From positions 11,119 through 75,118 of IMG/VR virus record IMGVR_UViG_3300046694_000299: a stretch of 64,000 nucleotides of DNA. The stretch is one strand, 5' to 3'. Under the pieces are notes generated by a model. That model was not told the DNA's origin and searched no databases. It worked only from the letters and a program-made list of their open reading frames with translations. The position numbers were made by a program, and so were the translations under genes. The stretch comes from a virus. This document shows positions 23,571 to 31,222 of the stretch, one piece after another (positions within the stretch are counted from its first letter, which is position 1; each line of letters opens with the position of its first letter).

Positions 23571-23810
23571 TCAGGGGGTCTCGCTGGACAGCCGCCGGTA
23601 CGCCTCGTCGCCCTGGGCGCGGTACGCGCCCCACAGCCGCGTGGACTCTTCGCACTGGCCGCGGTCGATGTCCCGGCAGACGTCGCAGTTCGTGGTGTGG
23701 GTGACGTAGCGGCTGTAGGCCTGCTGCAGCGGGGAGAGCTTCCCGGCGACCGAGGCTATGACCGGCGGGCGGGTTACGGGCTTGGGTGGGGGTTCTCTAC
23801 GCTCGTCCAC
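23571..23810 (-). CDS. hypothetical protein
   Basis: 79-aa track ORF with GC-rich third positions after the first ~15 codons. Confidence 0.65.
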   Translation of the reverse strand: MDERREPPPKPVTRPPVIASVAGKLSPLQQAYSRYVTHTTNCDVCRDIDRGQCEESTRLWGAYRAQGDEAYRRLSSETP

Positions 23811-23881
23811 GTCGACGCTCCGCTCACCGGCTGGTTCCCCGGCCGTGCGTGGTCGCGGGGGCTTCGTTTCAGCAGCTTAGA

Positions 23882-23895
23882 CATAGCATGCTATG
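23882..23895. promoter_or_regulatory. perfect 14-bp palindrome catagcatgctatg
   Basis: Lies in the divergent region upstream of the GntR-like gene. Confidence 0.5.
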
Positions 23896-23951
23896 CCGTA
23901 CCACGTATGCGACATCTCGCGTGGCATGGGATGGCGTGTCACGTTGGCGGT

Positions 23952-24200
23952 GTGATCGAATTCGAGGCGGATGTGCCCAGGTGGAAGCAGGTGGCGGACG
24001 TGATCCGGGAGCGGATCGCCGATGGCACGTACCCGCCTCGCGCTCGCGTCCCGTCGGTCATCCAGCTGGCTACCGAGTTCGGGATCGCGCAGGCGACCGC
24101 ACAGAAGGTGCACCGCGGGCTGCGTGACGAGGGGCTCATCTATACGGAGCCGGGCCTCGGCTCGTTCGTGGCACGGCAGCCGCCCGCGACAGAGGGCTGA
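23952..24200 (+). CDS. GntR-type winged-helix protein, DNA-binding domain only
   Basis: 'RVPSVIQLATEFGIAQATAQKVHRGLRDEGLIYTEPGLGSFV' fits the pattern. Start is GTG 23952 or ATG 23931. No effector domain. Confidence 0.75.
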   Translation: MIEFEADVPRWKQVADVIRERIADGTYPPRARVPSVIQLATEFGIAQATAQKVHRGLRDEGLIYTEPGLGSFVARQPPATEG

Positions 24201-24220
24201 CCGCTGACAGACCCCGCCAG

Positions 24221-24226
24221 TAAGAT
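24221..24226 (+). promoter_or_regulatory. -10-like TAAGAT, 7 nt before ATG 24234
   Basis: The spacing implies a leaderless mRNA. Confidence 0.4.
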
Positions 24227-24233
24227 CGGGGAC

Positions 24234-24413
24234 ATGCCCCCCACTCCCCCGTCGGATGGCGACGCGTGCTCGGCTGATGAGCTGAACGCGCAGATCCGTG
24301 CGCTGCTGGAGCGGACGCGTAGGCAGCTGACGGACGCCGAGCGGGCCGAGTATGAGGGGCTCGTGCTGCGGTGGGAGGCGGCGATACGCGGCGAGGTCGT
24401 CGAGGCGGCCTAA
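24234..24413 (+). CDS. small hypothetical protein (59 aa)
   Basis: Hand-translated MPPTPPSDGDACSADELNAQIRALLERTRRQLTDAERAEYEGLVLRWEAAIRGEVVEAA. GC-rich third positions. Confidence 0.5.
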   Translation: MPPTPPSDGDACSADELNAQIRALLERTRRQLTDAERAEYEGLVLRWEAAIRGEVVEAA

Positions 24414-24416
24414 GAT
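24411..24416 (+). promoter_or_regulatory. -10-like TAAGAT, 6 nt before GTG 24423
   Basis: Overlaps the stop of the preceding ORF. The spacing implies a leaderless mRNA. Confidence 0.4.
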
Positions 24417-24422
24417 CTCCCG

Positions 24423-24623
24423 GTGGCATCTATCGAATTTCCCGACGATCTGATCGCGCTGGAACGCACCGCCTGGGCTGAGATCCAGGACGGGCGGCTG
24501 ACCGTGGAGACGGCGCGCGCCGTACATGAGGCGGTCGGCGCGTTCGCCGAGCAGGCCGGGCTGCGGCGGATGGACGTTGAGCTTGGGCTCAAGACGCACG
24601 TCAGGTACGAGACGGCCGCCTAG
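24423..24623 (+). CDS. small hypothetical protein
   Basis: 66-aa track ORF. Confidence 0.6.
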   Translation: MASIEFPDDLIALERTAWAEIQDGRLTVETARAVHEAVGAFAEQAGLRRMDVELGLKTHVRYETAA

Positions 24624-25036
24624 CCCTCCAGCCAGGCCGGATCGAAGTCCGGGTGATCGCGGAACGGACGGGCAAGCAGCAGGAGGGTTTCCTCCGCCAA
24701 GTCGAGGCCGCCGTAGTGATCGACCTCCGAGTCGCCCTTCGCGGCGGTGAGCATGCCAGCCGCAAGGTCGACGATCCGCCGCTTGGCTTCGGCCTCGGCA
24801 AGGACGCGGGCTGGGTCGTAGCGAATGATGTGGTCCCGCTCTCGCGCCCACACGAACTTGACCCGAGGCACGCCGTCCGTGTCCCAGACCCCTGCATCAC
24901 CTTTAGGGCTGGGGACCCAGCGGGGTACGGGCTTCCCGCCCCGGATGGCGGCCATAACGTTGACTCCGAGCACCACTCGCACCGCTTCGAAGTCCTCGTC
25001 CAGCCGGTCGCGCAGGAACTGCACCAGCTCGTCCAC
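24620..25036 (-). CDS. DUF6221-like protein
   Basis: 'LVQFLRDRLDEDFEA ... YDPARVLAEAEAKRRIVD' resembles that actinobacterial family, from memory. Confidence 0.75.
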   Translation of the reverse strand: MDELVQFLRDRLDEDFEAVRVVLGVNVMAAIRGGKPVPRWVPSPKGDAGVWDTDGVPRVKFVWARERDHIIRYDPARVLAEAEAKRRIVDLAAGMLTAAKGDSEVDHYGGLDLAEETLLLLARPFRDHPDFDPAWLEG

Positions 25037-25089
25037 GGGTCCTCCAAGTCGAGCGCCCCGCCTCGGGGTAGCCGGACGGTGTTGATGGT

Positions 25090-25614
25090 TCAGCTCACAG
25101 ACGAGTGCAGCTCAAGATAGGCGACAGCGGCAAGGACTACGCCGATACGGTCGCGGAATTGACCGAGGCCCCTATTGCAGGGAGGGCACAGGAGGGCGCG
25201 AACCTTCCCCGTGTCATGGTCGTGGTCGACGTCAAGCTTCTCGGGCTGATCGCCACAGATCGCACAGCGGCCGTCTTGTTGCTTCAGCATCTCGCTGAAC
25301 TCGTCGAAGGTGAGTCCATACGCAACAGACCGCCAGTTCCGCCTCCTCCGGATGGCCCTCGCACCCTTGCACTCGACCGGCCGACGCTTGTCGTTGCGTA
25401 CCCGTATGGACGCGTTGGGCCCACATACCGCACAGTCCGCCGTGCCGTTCTCCTTGTCGATGCTCGTCAGGGAATGCCTGGCGACAGCTTCGAAGGTCGG
25501 CTGACGCGCCGCGAGCGTACCCTCGCGGCGCGCCTTCGCGAGGTGCGCCGCGCACAGTCCTCGACCTCGATGCTTCTTGCCGCAATCCCGCATGGAGCAG
25601 ATACGCTCTGCCAC
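25090..25614 (-). CDS. endonuclease VII-type (HNH superfamily) nuclease
   Basis: GTG 25614 lies behind GGGAGG. 'CAICGDQPEKLDVDHDHDTGKVRALLCPPCNRGLGQF' fits the pattern. Third-position GC is low. Confidence 0.8.
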   Translation of the reverse strand: MAERICSMRDCGKKHRGRGLCAAHLAKARREGTLAARQPTFEAVARHSLTSIDKENGTADCAVCGPNASIRVRNDKRRPVECKGARAIRRRRNWRSVAYGLTFDEFSEMLKQQDGRCAICGDQPEKLDVDHDHDTGKVRALLCPPCNRGLGQFRDRIGVVLAAVAYLELHSSVS

Positions 25615-25641
25615 GCGACACCTCCCAATTAGGTGATCGCA

Positions 25642-25674
25642 GAGCCCTCGAATGTTCACAGCATTCGGGGGCTC
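25642..25674. promoter_or_regulatory. hairpin/palindrome (13-bp stem, 1 mismatch) upstream of the endonuclease VII gene
   Basis: gagccctcgaatg ttcacag cattcgggggctc. Confidence 0.4.
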
Positions 25675-25731
25675 ACTCGTGGCATCATTTTACCCAACTT
25701 CCCCTGGTCAGGGGCCTGTTCGCAAGAAGAA

Positions 25732-25767
25732 GCCCCGCCTCTCCGGCATCACTCGGAGAGACGGGGC
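25732..25767 (-). terminator. hairpin (14-bp stem, 1 mismatch, 8-nt loop)
   Basis: gccccgcctctccg / cggagagacggggc, downstream of the lexA-like operon. Confidence 0.6.
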
Positions 25768-25872
25768 GAGCGCGTGCAGCCATGCAACGCGGATAGATGT
25801 GACCATGCTACGGGCCGCCACTGACAACGAGGGCGCCCCTCGGCGACGGGGGATGACGACCGAGGGGCAGTA

Positions 25873-26040
25873 TCAGTCTGCCAGGCCGTCCGCCTCGTCG
25901 GGCCAGGACGCGAGGACCCGCTGCTCCAGCTCGTCGACGAGGACGATGCGGACGCCGGGCATGCTGCCGCGCTCGCCGATCCAGGTGGAGAACTGGCGGC
26001 GGGCCGTCTTCTCGTTGGACCACCAGCCCTGCATCGCCAC
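25873..26040 (-). CDS. small hypothetical protein (53-55 aa)
   Basis: Hand-translated VAMQGWWSNEKTARRQFSTWIGERGSMPGVRIVLVDELEQRVLASWPDEADGLAD. Much better codon bias than track ORF 25808..26104. Confidence 0.45.
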   Translation of the reverse strand: MAMQGWWSNEKTARRQFSTWIGERGSMPGVRIVLVDELEQRVLASWPDEADGLAD

Positions 26041-26100
26041 TCGGGTACAGGTACGCCTCGCGCGCTTCCTCCTCGGTCACGTCTCCAGGATGGCAGACCC

Positions 26101-26325
26101 TCACGCCAGCCTGATCCCGCGGCGCCGGCCCGGCTCCCGGACGATCGCGTGCTTCGCCTCCAGCTCGCCCAGCTGGTAGTGGACGGACGCGCGGCTGCGC
26201 ATGCCGACCCGCTCCCCGATCTCCTGCACGGTCGGCGCCTCGCCCTGGTCGGCGATGGCCTGGCGGATGCAGCGGAGGATGCGCTCCTGGGTGGCGGTGA
26301 GGTAGTCGACCTTGTAGTGGCCCAT
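26101..26325 (-). CDS. LexA-like winged-helix protein, DNA-binding domain only (74 aa)
   Basis: 'LTATQERILRCIRQAIADQGEAPTVQEIGERVGMRSRASVHYQLGELEAKHAIVREPGRRRGIRL' fits the LexA DNA-binding domain. No hinge or S24 peptidase part. Confidence 0.75.
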   Translation of the reverse strand: MGHYKVDYLTATQERILRCIRQAIADQGEAPTVQEIGERVGMRSRASVHYQLGELEAKHAIVREPGRRRGIRLA

Positions 26326-26331
26326 GGATCG

Positions 26332-26361
26332 ATTAGAGCGCGTGTTCGAATTTTGGGGCAA
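26332..26361 (-). promoter_or_regulatory. putative leaderless promoter overlapped by an SOS-box-like site
   Basis: On the minus strand: TTGCCC - 18 nt - TCTAAT - 6 nt - ATG. On the plus strand, 26334-26349 reads TAGAGC-GCGT-GTTCGA. Confidence 0.45.
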
Positions 26362-26371
26362 GCTGGAGCGG

Positions 26372-27451
26372 CTATGGGGTTCCACCCCGACGCAGCCCGG
26401 CGGCCGCGTTGTCGTCCCATTCGTCGGCGAGCTGCATGTAGCCGAGCATGGCTTTGCTGCCTGGAGCCCAGCCACCCTGCTTGGCGATGTTCACCGGGTC
26501 CTTCCCGTTCTTGCGGCCCTCTGTGGCGAGCCCGGAGCGCAGCGAGTGGCCTGTCCAGCGGATCGGCACGCCGGATCGTTGGGCGACGCGGGCGACCGCG
26601 TTGGTGACGGAGTCGGGCGCCATCGCTCCGCCGATGTGCCCCCAGCGGTCGATCTGAGGGAAGGCGGCCGCCGTCAACTCGGTGCGCCCGTAGACCTCGC
26701 GCCATTGCTGCCAGGCGCGAACGGCGCAGATCTCCGGCTCGTCGATGTTGTACGGGATGGCGACGGTGCGCACGGACCGCTTCGTCTTGCCAGTGACGAC
26801 GGCGACCTTGATGCCGCGGGCGTGGACGGTGATGTCGGCGAGGAGTAGGCCGGAGATCTCCGAGGCGCGGGAGGCGAAGTGGAAGCCGGTCAGGATCAGG
26901 GAGAGGTCGCGTCGGCCGGTGGGGCTGTCGTCACAGGCGGCTGCGATGCGGTGCAGGCTGTCGAGGTCGGCGGCCGCGGCCTTCCCGCGGCCGCGTCGCT
27001 CTCCGGCCTTGGCCAGCTGGGTGGCGATGCCTTCCAGCCGGGCGCGTGCTTCGGAGTGGGCGTCCTTGGTTACGGGGCGGCCGCGCTCGCGTAGGCCGAC
27101 GATGGCGGCGGTGAGGTGGGAGTGGGCGGAGGTGGGCGCGTATCCGCGGCCGCCGTCGCGGCTGGGGGTTGCGCGGCCACGGTCGAGCATCCAGGCGACG
27201 TAGGCGACGAGCGCGCCGCGGGATCCTTCCGTCTCCGGGAGGCCCTGCTCGACACAGAAGCGCTGCCACACCTTCCAGCCCTTGCTGTAGGTGTCGGTCG
27301 TGTTGGGCGGGGTGGTCGCCTCTTTGATGGCGTCGGCGAAGTCTTCGGCGGCCGCGAGCCGTTCGGCGGCCGCTTCGCCGTGACGGGCCGCCCATGCGGT
27401 CCGGATCTCCTCCGGCACTCCTCGGCTGAGCTTTTCTACGGACCCGTCCAC
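26372..27451 (-). CDS. Cre-like tyrosine recombinase
   Basis: GTG 27451 lies behind AAGGAGAG. Motifs SRASE ... TGHSLRSGLATE ... GGWAPGSKAMLGYM give the R, HxxR, W, Y pattern. Confidence 0.85.
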   Translation of the reverse strand: MDGSVEKLSRGVPEEIRTAWAARHGEAAAERLAAAEDFADAIKEATTPPNTTDTYSKGWKVWQRFCVEQGLPETEGSRGALVAYVAWMLDRGRATPSRDGGRGYAPTSAHSHLTAAIVGLRERGRPVTKDAHSEARARLEGIATQLAKAGERRGRGKAAAADLDSLHRIAAACDDSPTGRRDLSLILTGFHFASRASEISGLLLADITVHARGIKVAVVTGKTKRSVRTVAIPYNIDEPEICAVRAWQQWREVYGRTELTAAAFPQIDRWGHIGGAMAPDSVTNAVARVAQRSGVPIRWTGHSLRSGLATEGRKNGKDPVNIAKQGGWAPGSKAMLGYMQLADEWDDNAAAGLRRGGTP

Positions 27452-27551
27452 ATCTCTCCTTGATGCCGCGTCAATACCCTTTTGTCGCACGGGATATGAA
27501 GAGTGTATCCGGGGTGAGGTCAGCTGGGATGGGCTTCCGGACAAGAAGAAG

Positions 27552-27573
27552 CGCCCCTCCCGGAGGAGGGGCG
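27552..27573 (-). terminator. hairpin (9-bp GC stem, 4-nt loop) followed by CTTCTTCTT on the minus strand
   Basis: cgcccctcc cgga ggaggggcg, at the end of the lysis cassette. Confidence 0.65.
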
Positions 27574-27576
27574 TCG

Positions 27577-27669
27577 TCACTCGGTCTCGTCATCGACCAC
27601 GGGCCAGGGTGGCGGTTCGAGGAACGGCCACGGCGACAGCCAGAACGGCGGCGGGTCTTCATCGTCCAT
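27577..27669 (-). CDS. micro-ORF (30 aa, Pro/Trp-rich)
   Basis: MDDEDPPPFWLSPWPFLEPPPWPVVDDETE. GAGGGGA SD and GC-rich third positions. Confidence 0.3.
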   Translation of the reverse strand: MDDEDPPPFWLSPWPFLEPPPWPVVDDETE

Positions 27670-27678
27670 GCGGTCCCC

Positions 27679-28374
27679 TCACAGCTTCCGGTATCTGGCG
27701 GTCATGGTGAGCAGCGCCGCACCAAGGAGGCCGCGGCCCTGGGGTGTGGGCGTACTGCTGCCCGAGCTGGTCGTGCGGCAGGTGTAGTGGGTGGACCCGT
27801 CGCCGTCGGGTGTGCACTCGTAGGTGGTGCCGGTCCCGTCGGTGTACGTCCAGCCGGACGGTGCCGGGCCGGTGGCGCCGCGGTCGCCCTGCGGCCCCTG
27901 CTCGCCCTGGGGTCCGGCAACTCCGGGGTCGCCCTGAACGCCCTGAGGGCCTTGGGGTCCGGCGATGCCGTTGGAGCCGGCCGAGCCAGGCGCCCCGGAC
28001 ACTCCAGGCGACGGCGTGATCGTGGGCGCAGCCTTGCCGGTGTCGCCCTTGTCGCCCTTCGGGCCGGGCGGTCCGGGGATAGGCACGGGAACTTCGGCAC
28101 GGTCGGGCAAGTTTCTGACGGCCTTGGTCGGGTCCGGAGCCACCGGGGTGCCGCCCTTCGCCTTGACCTGCTCCCTCAGGGCCCGCACGTCCCCGGCGAG
28201 CGTGCTGACTGCGTTGCCGCGGAGGTCGGCTTCGGTGGCGAGCTGGTCGGCGCGGGTCGCTTCGGTCTGGACGCGCACATAGACCAGGAGCACCGCGCCC
28301 GTCAGAGCGAGCAAGGCGGCGACTATCCACAGTAGGTGGCGGCGGCGAGCGAACGCCCGCTCGGCCCGGGTCAC
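27679..28374 (-). CDS. membrane-anchored collagen-repeat (G-X-Y) protein
   Basis: N-terminal TM segment '[20 protein letters not shown]'. G-X-Y run '[13 protein letters not shown]...[43 protein letters not shown]'. Confidence 0.8.
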   Translation of the reverse strand: MTRAERAFARRRHLLWIVAALLALTGAVLLVYVRVQTEATRADQLATEADLRGNAVSTLAGDVRALREQVKAKGGTPVAPDPTKAVRNLPDRAEVPVPIPGPPGPKGDKGDTGKAAPTITPSPGVSGAPGSAGSNGIAGPQGPQGVQGDPGVAGPQGEQGPQGDRGATGPAPSGWTYTDGTGTTYECTPDGDGSTHYTCRTTSSGSSTPTPQGRGLLGAALLTMTARYRKL

Positions 28375-28637
28375 GGCGAACCCCCGAGCTGTGTCACCAG
28401 TAGGCGGAGGCGCGCCGTCTCAAGCCGTTCTGCCGCGAGTTCGGCGCGCACGGTAGCCAGCTCCTTGCGGAAGTCCGCACGTTCTTCCTGGAGCTGGTCC
28501 GTGAGCGAATTGAAGCCGGTCACTGCGGTGCCCTCCCGCTGGGTCCGCCCGGCGATCCGGGAGCCGTACATGGCTGCCAGTCCGGCCACCAGGGCGCTAC
28601 CGAGAACGCCTATGGCCGTGACCGTGGCGGCATCCAT
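28371..28637 (-). CDS. membrane/coiled-coil lysis-associated protein
   Basis: N-terminal TM segment followed by a helical region. GGGAGGG SD. Confidence 0.65.
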   Translation of the reverse strand: MDAATVTAIGVLGSALVAGLAAMYGSRIAGRTQREGTAVTGFNSLTDQLQEERADFRKELATVRAELAAERLETARLRLLVTQLGGSP

Positions 28638-28671
28638 GTGGCGCCCTCCCGGTCGCGCAAGGTGGGCAGAC

Positions 28672-29001
28672 TCAGGCGCCCTGAGCAGTACGGGGGCCGG
28701 CGGTTATGAGGCTGTCCTGCGCCTTGCCGCTGACGCCGGTCGGCTTCCACAGGCCGAAGTGGCTGAGGACGGCGGTGCCGAAGGAGACGAGCGTCAGGAC
28801 GATCGCGGTGCCGAGGCTCCAGCCGTCGGGGTGCGGGCCGGCGAGCTCGACGAGGAAGCCGTTCGCCGCGGTGAGCGCCAGGAGCAGCACGGCCTTGACG
28901 CCGGCGGACGTGACGCGGGTGGTGACGAGGCCGACGAGGACGGGCAGGACGACGCTTATCGCGAGGCCCAGCCAGTAGGCGGAGTCGAGGTTGACGTTCA
29001 T
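28672..29001 (-). CDS. holin-like multi-TM protein (109 aa)
   Basis: Trimmed to ATG 29001, with a GAAGGAA SD. Three or four hydrophobic segments. Lies next to the endolysin. Confidence 0.7.
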   Translation of the reverse strand: MNVNLDSAYWLGLAISVVLPVLVGLVTTRVTSAGVKAVLLLALTAANGFLVELAGPHPDGWSLGTAIVLTLVSFGTAVLSHFGLWKPTGVSGKAQDSLITAGPRTAQGA

Positions 29002-29024
29002 GGCGGGTTCCTTCTCGGGTTGGG

Positions 29025-30206
29025 TCAGTCGGTGACGGTGAAGCCGTGCTTGGAGCCGAGCCGGGTGAGGGAGGCTTTGCCGGGGATGCCGTCGGCGGCA
29101 GCTCCGGAGTAGTCGTAGCGGCGCTGGAGGGCGGCGTAGGCGCTGACGGTCTTCGTGCCGAAGGAGCCGTCGACGTACTGCGTCGCCAGGAGGCCCTCGG
29201 CGTGCAGCGCCTTCTCGACGAGCAGGACTTCGGCCTTGTACGAGGTGTGGCCCTGCGCCGCAGCCGGGTCGTGGCGGGCGGCGTACACGACGTGCGCAAG
29301 GGAGACCTTCGGCTTCACCGTGACAGGCGGCTTCGGCGGGGTGGGAGCGGGGACCTTCCCTGGCACCTTGGCGATGTCGATCGCGCCCGGGTCGCCGTGG
29401 TCGTTGCCGGGAACGTCGGCGTGCGCGAAGTAGCCGCCGTCGCCCTGCCACACGGCCCGGGACCGCGGGTGCAAGCCGCCCGGGTAGACCGGCGGTGCGC
29501 CCGCCGGCCACACGCGGGGCACCCCCCACGAGTCGGCCGCGGCAAGGAGCTTCTGGTATCCAGGCTTCTTCGACGGATCCCATCCGTTGGTCCACGGCTG
29601 GGCTGCCCGGCCGAGGACTTCCCATTGGATACAGACGCGGCCTTCGCGGTTGGTGCGCCGGGTTCCGTCGTTCTTGAGGGCGCGAGCGGACTGGTTGAGC
29701 GGCCCGAACTGCCCGACGCGGTCGGTGACCGGGCAGTAGATGAGCTGCGGCTCGGATGCGACCTGGCGCAGGTAGGAGCCGACGGATTCCAGGTAGGAGC
29801 CGCCTGCCGGGGATTCGGTGGTGTGCTCGACGACGCGGGGCGGGTTTTCCGGGTGGTCCATGGCGCCGCCGATGGTGCCGCTGCCGAGGCGGATGGCGCC
29901 GGGGATCCAGACGGTTCCGCTGGTTGTCGTGGCTGTGAGCGTCTGCTCGGGTAGGGCGGCGAGGGGCGACGGGTCGGCGAGCCGGGGCACGAACGGCTCG
30001 GCGTCGGTGGGCTGGTACTGGTCGAGGTCGCCGTCCTCGCGCAGGACGAAGAACGCGCCCGGTGTCCGAGGGTGTTCCTTGACGAAGCGCGGCACGTCCT
30101 CGATGGCAGCGAGCGCCCGGACGGTGTCGACGTGGTCCTGGTCGACTTCACCGCAGTAGGTGACGGTCTGGTCGGGGTGGACGATCGCGGCGTGGAAGGT
30201 GGTCAT
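29025..30206 (-). CDS. endolysin with C-terminal peptidoglycan-binding domain
   Basis: Trimmed to ATG 30206. The C-terminus 'LLVEKALHAEGLL..VDGSFG..T..A....Q......ADGIPGKASL' is PG_binding_1-like. The catalytic class was not resolved. Confidence 0.8.
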   Translation of the reverse strand: MTTFHAAIVHPDQTVTYCGEVDQDHVDTVRALAAIEDVPRFVKEHPRTPGAFFVLREDGDLDQYQPTDAEPFVPRLADPSPLAALPEQTLTATTTSGTVWIPGAIRLGSGTIGGAMDHPENPPRVVEHTTESPAGGSYLESVGSYLRQVASEPQLIYCPVTDRVGQFGPLNQSARALKNDGTRRTNREGRVCIQWEVLGRAAQPWTNGWDPSKKPGYQKLLAAADSWGVPRVWPAGAPPVYPGGLHPRSRAVWQGDGGYFAHADVPGNDHGDPGAIDIAKVPGKVPAPTPPKPPVTVKPKVSLAHVVYAARHDPAAAQGHTSYKAEVLLVEKALHAEGLLATQYVDGSFGTKTVSAYAALQRRYDYSGAAADGIPGKASLTRLGSKHGFTVTD

Positions 30207-30210
30207 GCCG

Positions 30211-31029
30211 TCACTGCCCCTTCGTGGTGGGGACGTGGTTGTCGTGCGCCCACGCATTCACCAGACCCACGACCTCAACCAGTCGAGGATCAATCGCAGA
30301 AGGCGTGGGCGCCGGAGGAGGGGCGGGTGCGGTGACCCAGGCGGGAACGGTGACGTCGCCCTGCTGGGAGAGAAGCCACTGGACGTCGGCCTGGGTGAGC
30401 CAGGCCGATCCGCGGACTCCCCAGGAGTCGCCCCACGAGTTGTCGATACGGAACGCCTGCCGGGTGGCGTCGTAGGCGGAGAGTACGTACTCGTGGCCGC
30501 CGGCTACCTGGCTGCTGCGGTCGACCTGCACGAACCCGGTCTTCGGGTCGGGGTCGAACATCGACTCCAGCCAGACCGTGCCGACCATCACCGGGCCGGT
30601 CTGGAGTGCGGACTTGAGGGCGGCGAGGCTGAACGCGTGCGTGTAGGACGCGGCAAGCCCGAGCTTCTTCAGGGCTTTTGCCGCGCCGATGCCGCTGGAG
30701 CCGGTGTCGTCGGGCGGGTAGACGCCCTTGATGCTGTCGAGCTGCGTGGCCAACTCGTACACCTTGACGGCGAGGTCTTCGTCGACGGGCATCACACTGT
30801 CGCCGATCGCCGCCGAGGTCAGCCCGGTGCGGGCCGCACTGTCGGTGCCGAGGAGTCCGGCCGCCGCGTTTCCGGTGCAGCTGCCGAGTTGGCCTTGGTC
30901 GAAGATCGGGGCCCGGCGGCTCCAGTCGACCGACTTGACGGCGGTCTTCGGCAGGACGCCGTGCGCGTAGTCGAGGGACCGGGGGTCGTGTTCGACGTGG
31001 CGGCCTAGGCGTCTGTGCTGTGTGGCCAT
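30211..31029 (-). CDS. papain-like (C1-type) cysteine peptidase, lysin component
   Basis: Trimmed to ATG 31029. Motifs '[12 protein letters not shown]', 'GGHEYV' and '[11 protein letters not shown]'. Confidence 0.8.
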   Translation of the reverse strand: MATQHRRLGRHVEHDPRSLDYAHGVLPKTAVKSVDWSRRAPIFDQGQLGSCTGNAAAGLLGTDSAARTGLTSAAIGDSVMPVDEDLAVKVYELATQLDSIKGVYPPDDTGSSGIGAAKALKKLGLAASYTHAFSLAALKSALQTGPVMVGTVWLESMFDPDPKTGFVQVDRSSQVAGGHEYVLSAYDATRQAFRIDNSWGDSWGVRGSAWLTQADVQWLLSQQGDVTVPAWVTAPAPPPAPTPSAIDPRLVEVVGLVNAWAHDNHVPTTKGQ

Positions 31030-31139
31030 GCGGGTTCCCCTCACGACGGGCCTTTACCTTGGAATCGTAGCCCCAACCCCGTTAATCACCTACGAATCAC
31101 AGGTAAGCTGTGCGTAGGTTCTTTGCTCAGAGGGCCTGG

Positions 31140-31176
31140 GGCAGGGGTGTCGCCTGTGCGGGTGCGCACCCCTGCC
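31140..31176. other. hairpin (10-bp perfect stem, 17-nt loop) in a divergent intergenic region
   Basis: ggcaggggtg / cacccctgcc. Confidence 0.5.
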
Positions 31177-31222
31177 GCTCAAATCCCGCGCCAACCCGCA
31201 CACGCACCCGCACAGGAGCGTC

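Noticed and set aside
25749-26705. Track ORFs 25749..26705(-), 25808..26104(-) and 25652..26179(+)
   Set aside because: Codon bias and motifs support the smaller genes 26101..26325 (LexA-like) and 25873..26040 instead. The long frames are Arg/Pro/Ser-rich.
20852-27451. Idea that the window holds two tandem prophages, one per recombinase
   Set aside because: There is only one set of structural, lysis, replication and packaging genes. The gene order is that of a single temperate siphovirus with the recombinases at the centre.
27659-28335. Several 90-290-aa ORFs in other frames and on the plus strand across the collagen-repeat gene
   Set aside because: The G-X-Y coding repeats keep all frames open. 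Only 27679..28374 has a TM anchor, a regular triplet pattern and coupling to its neighbours.
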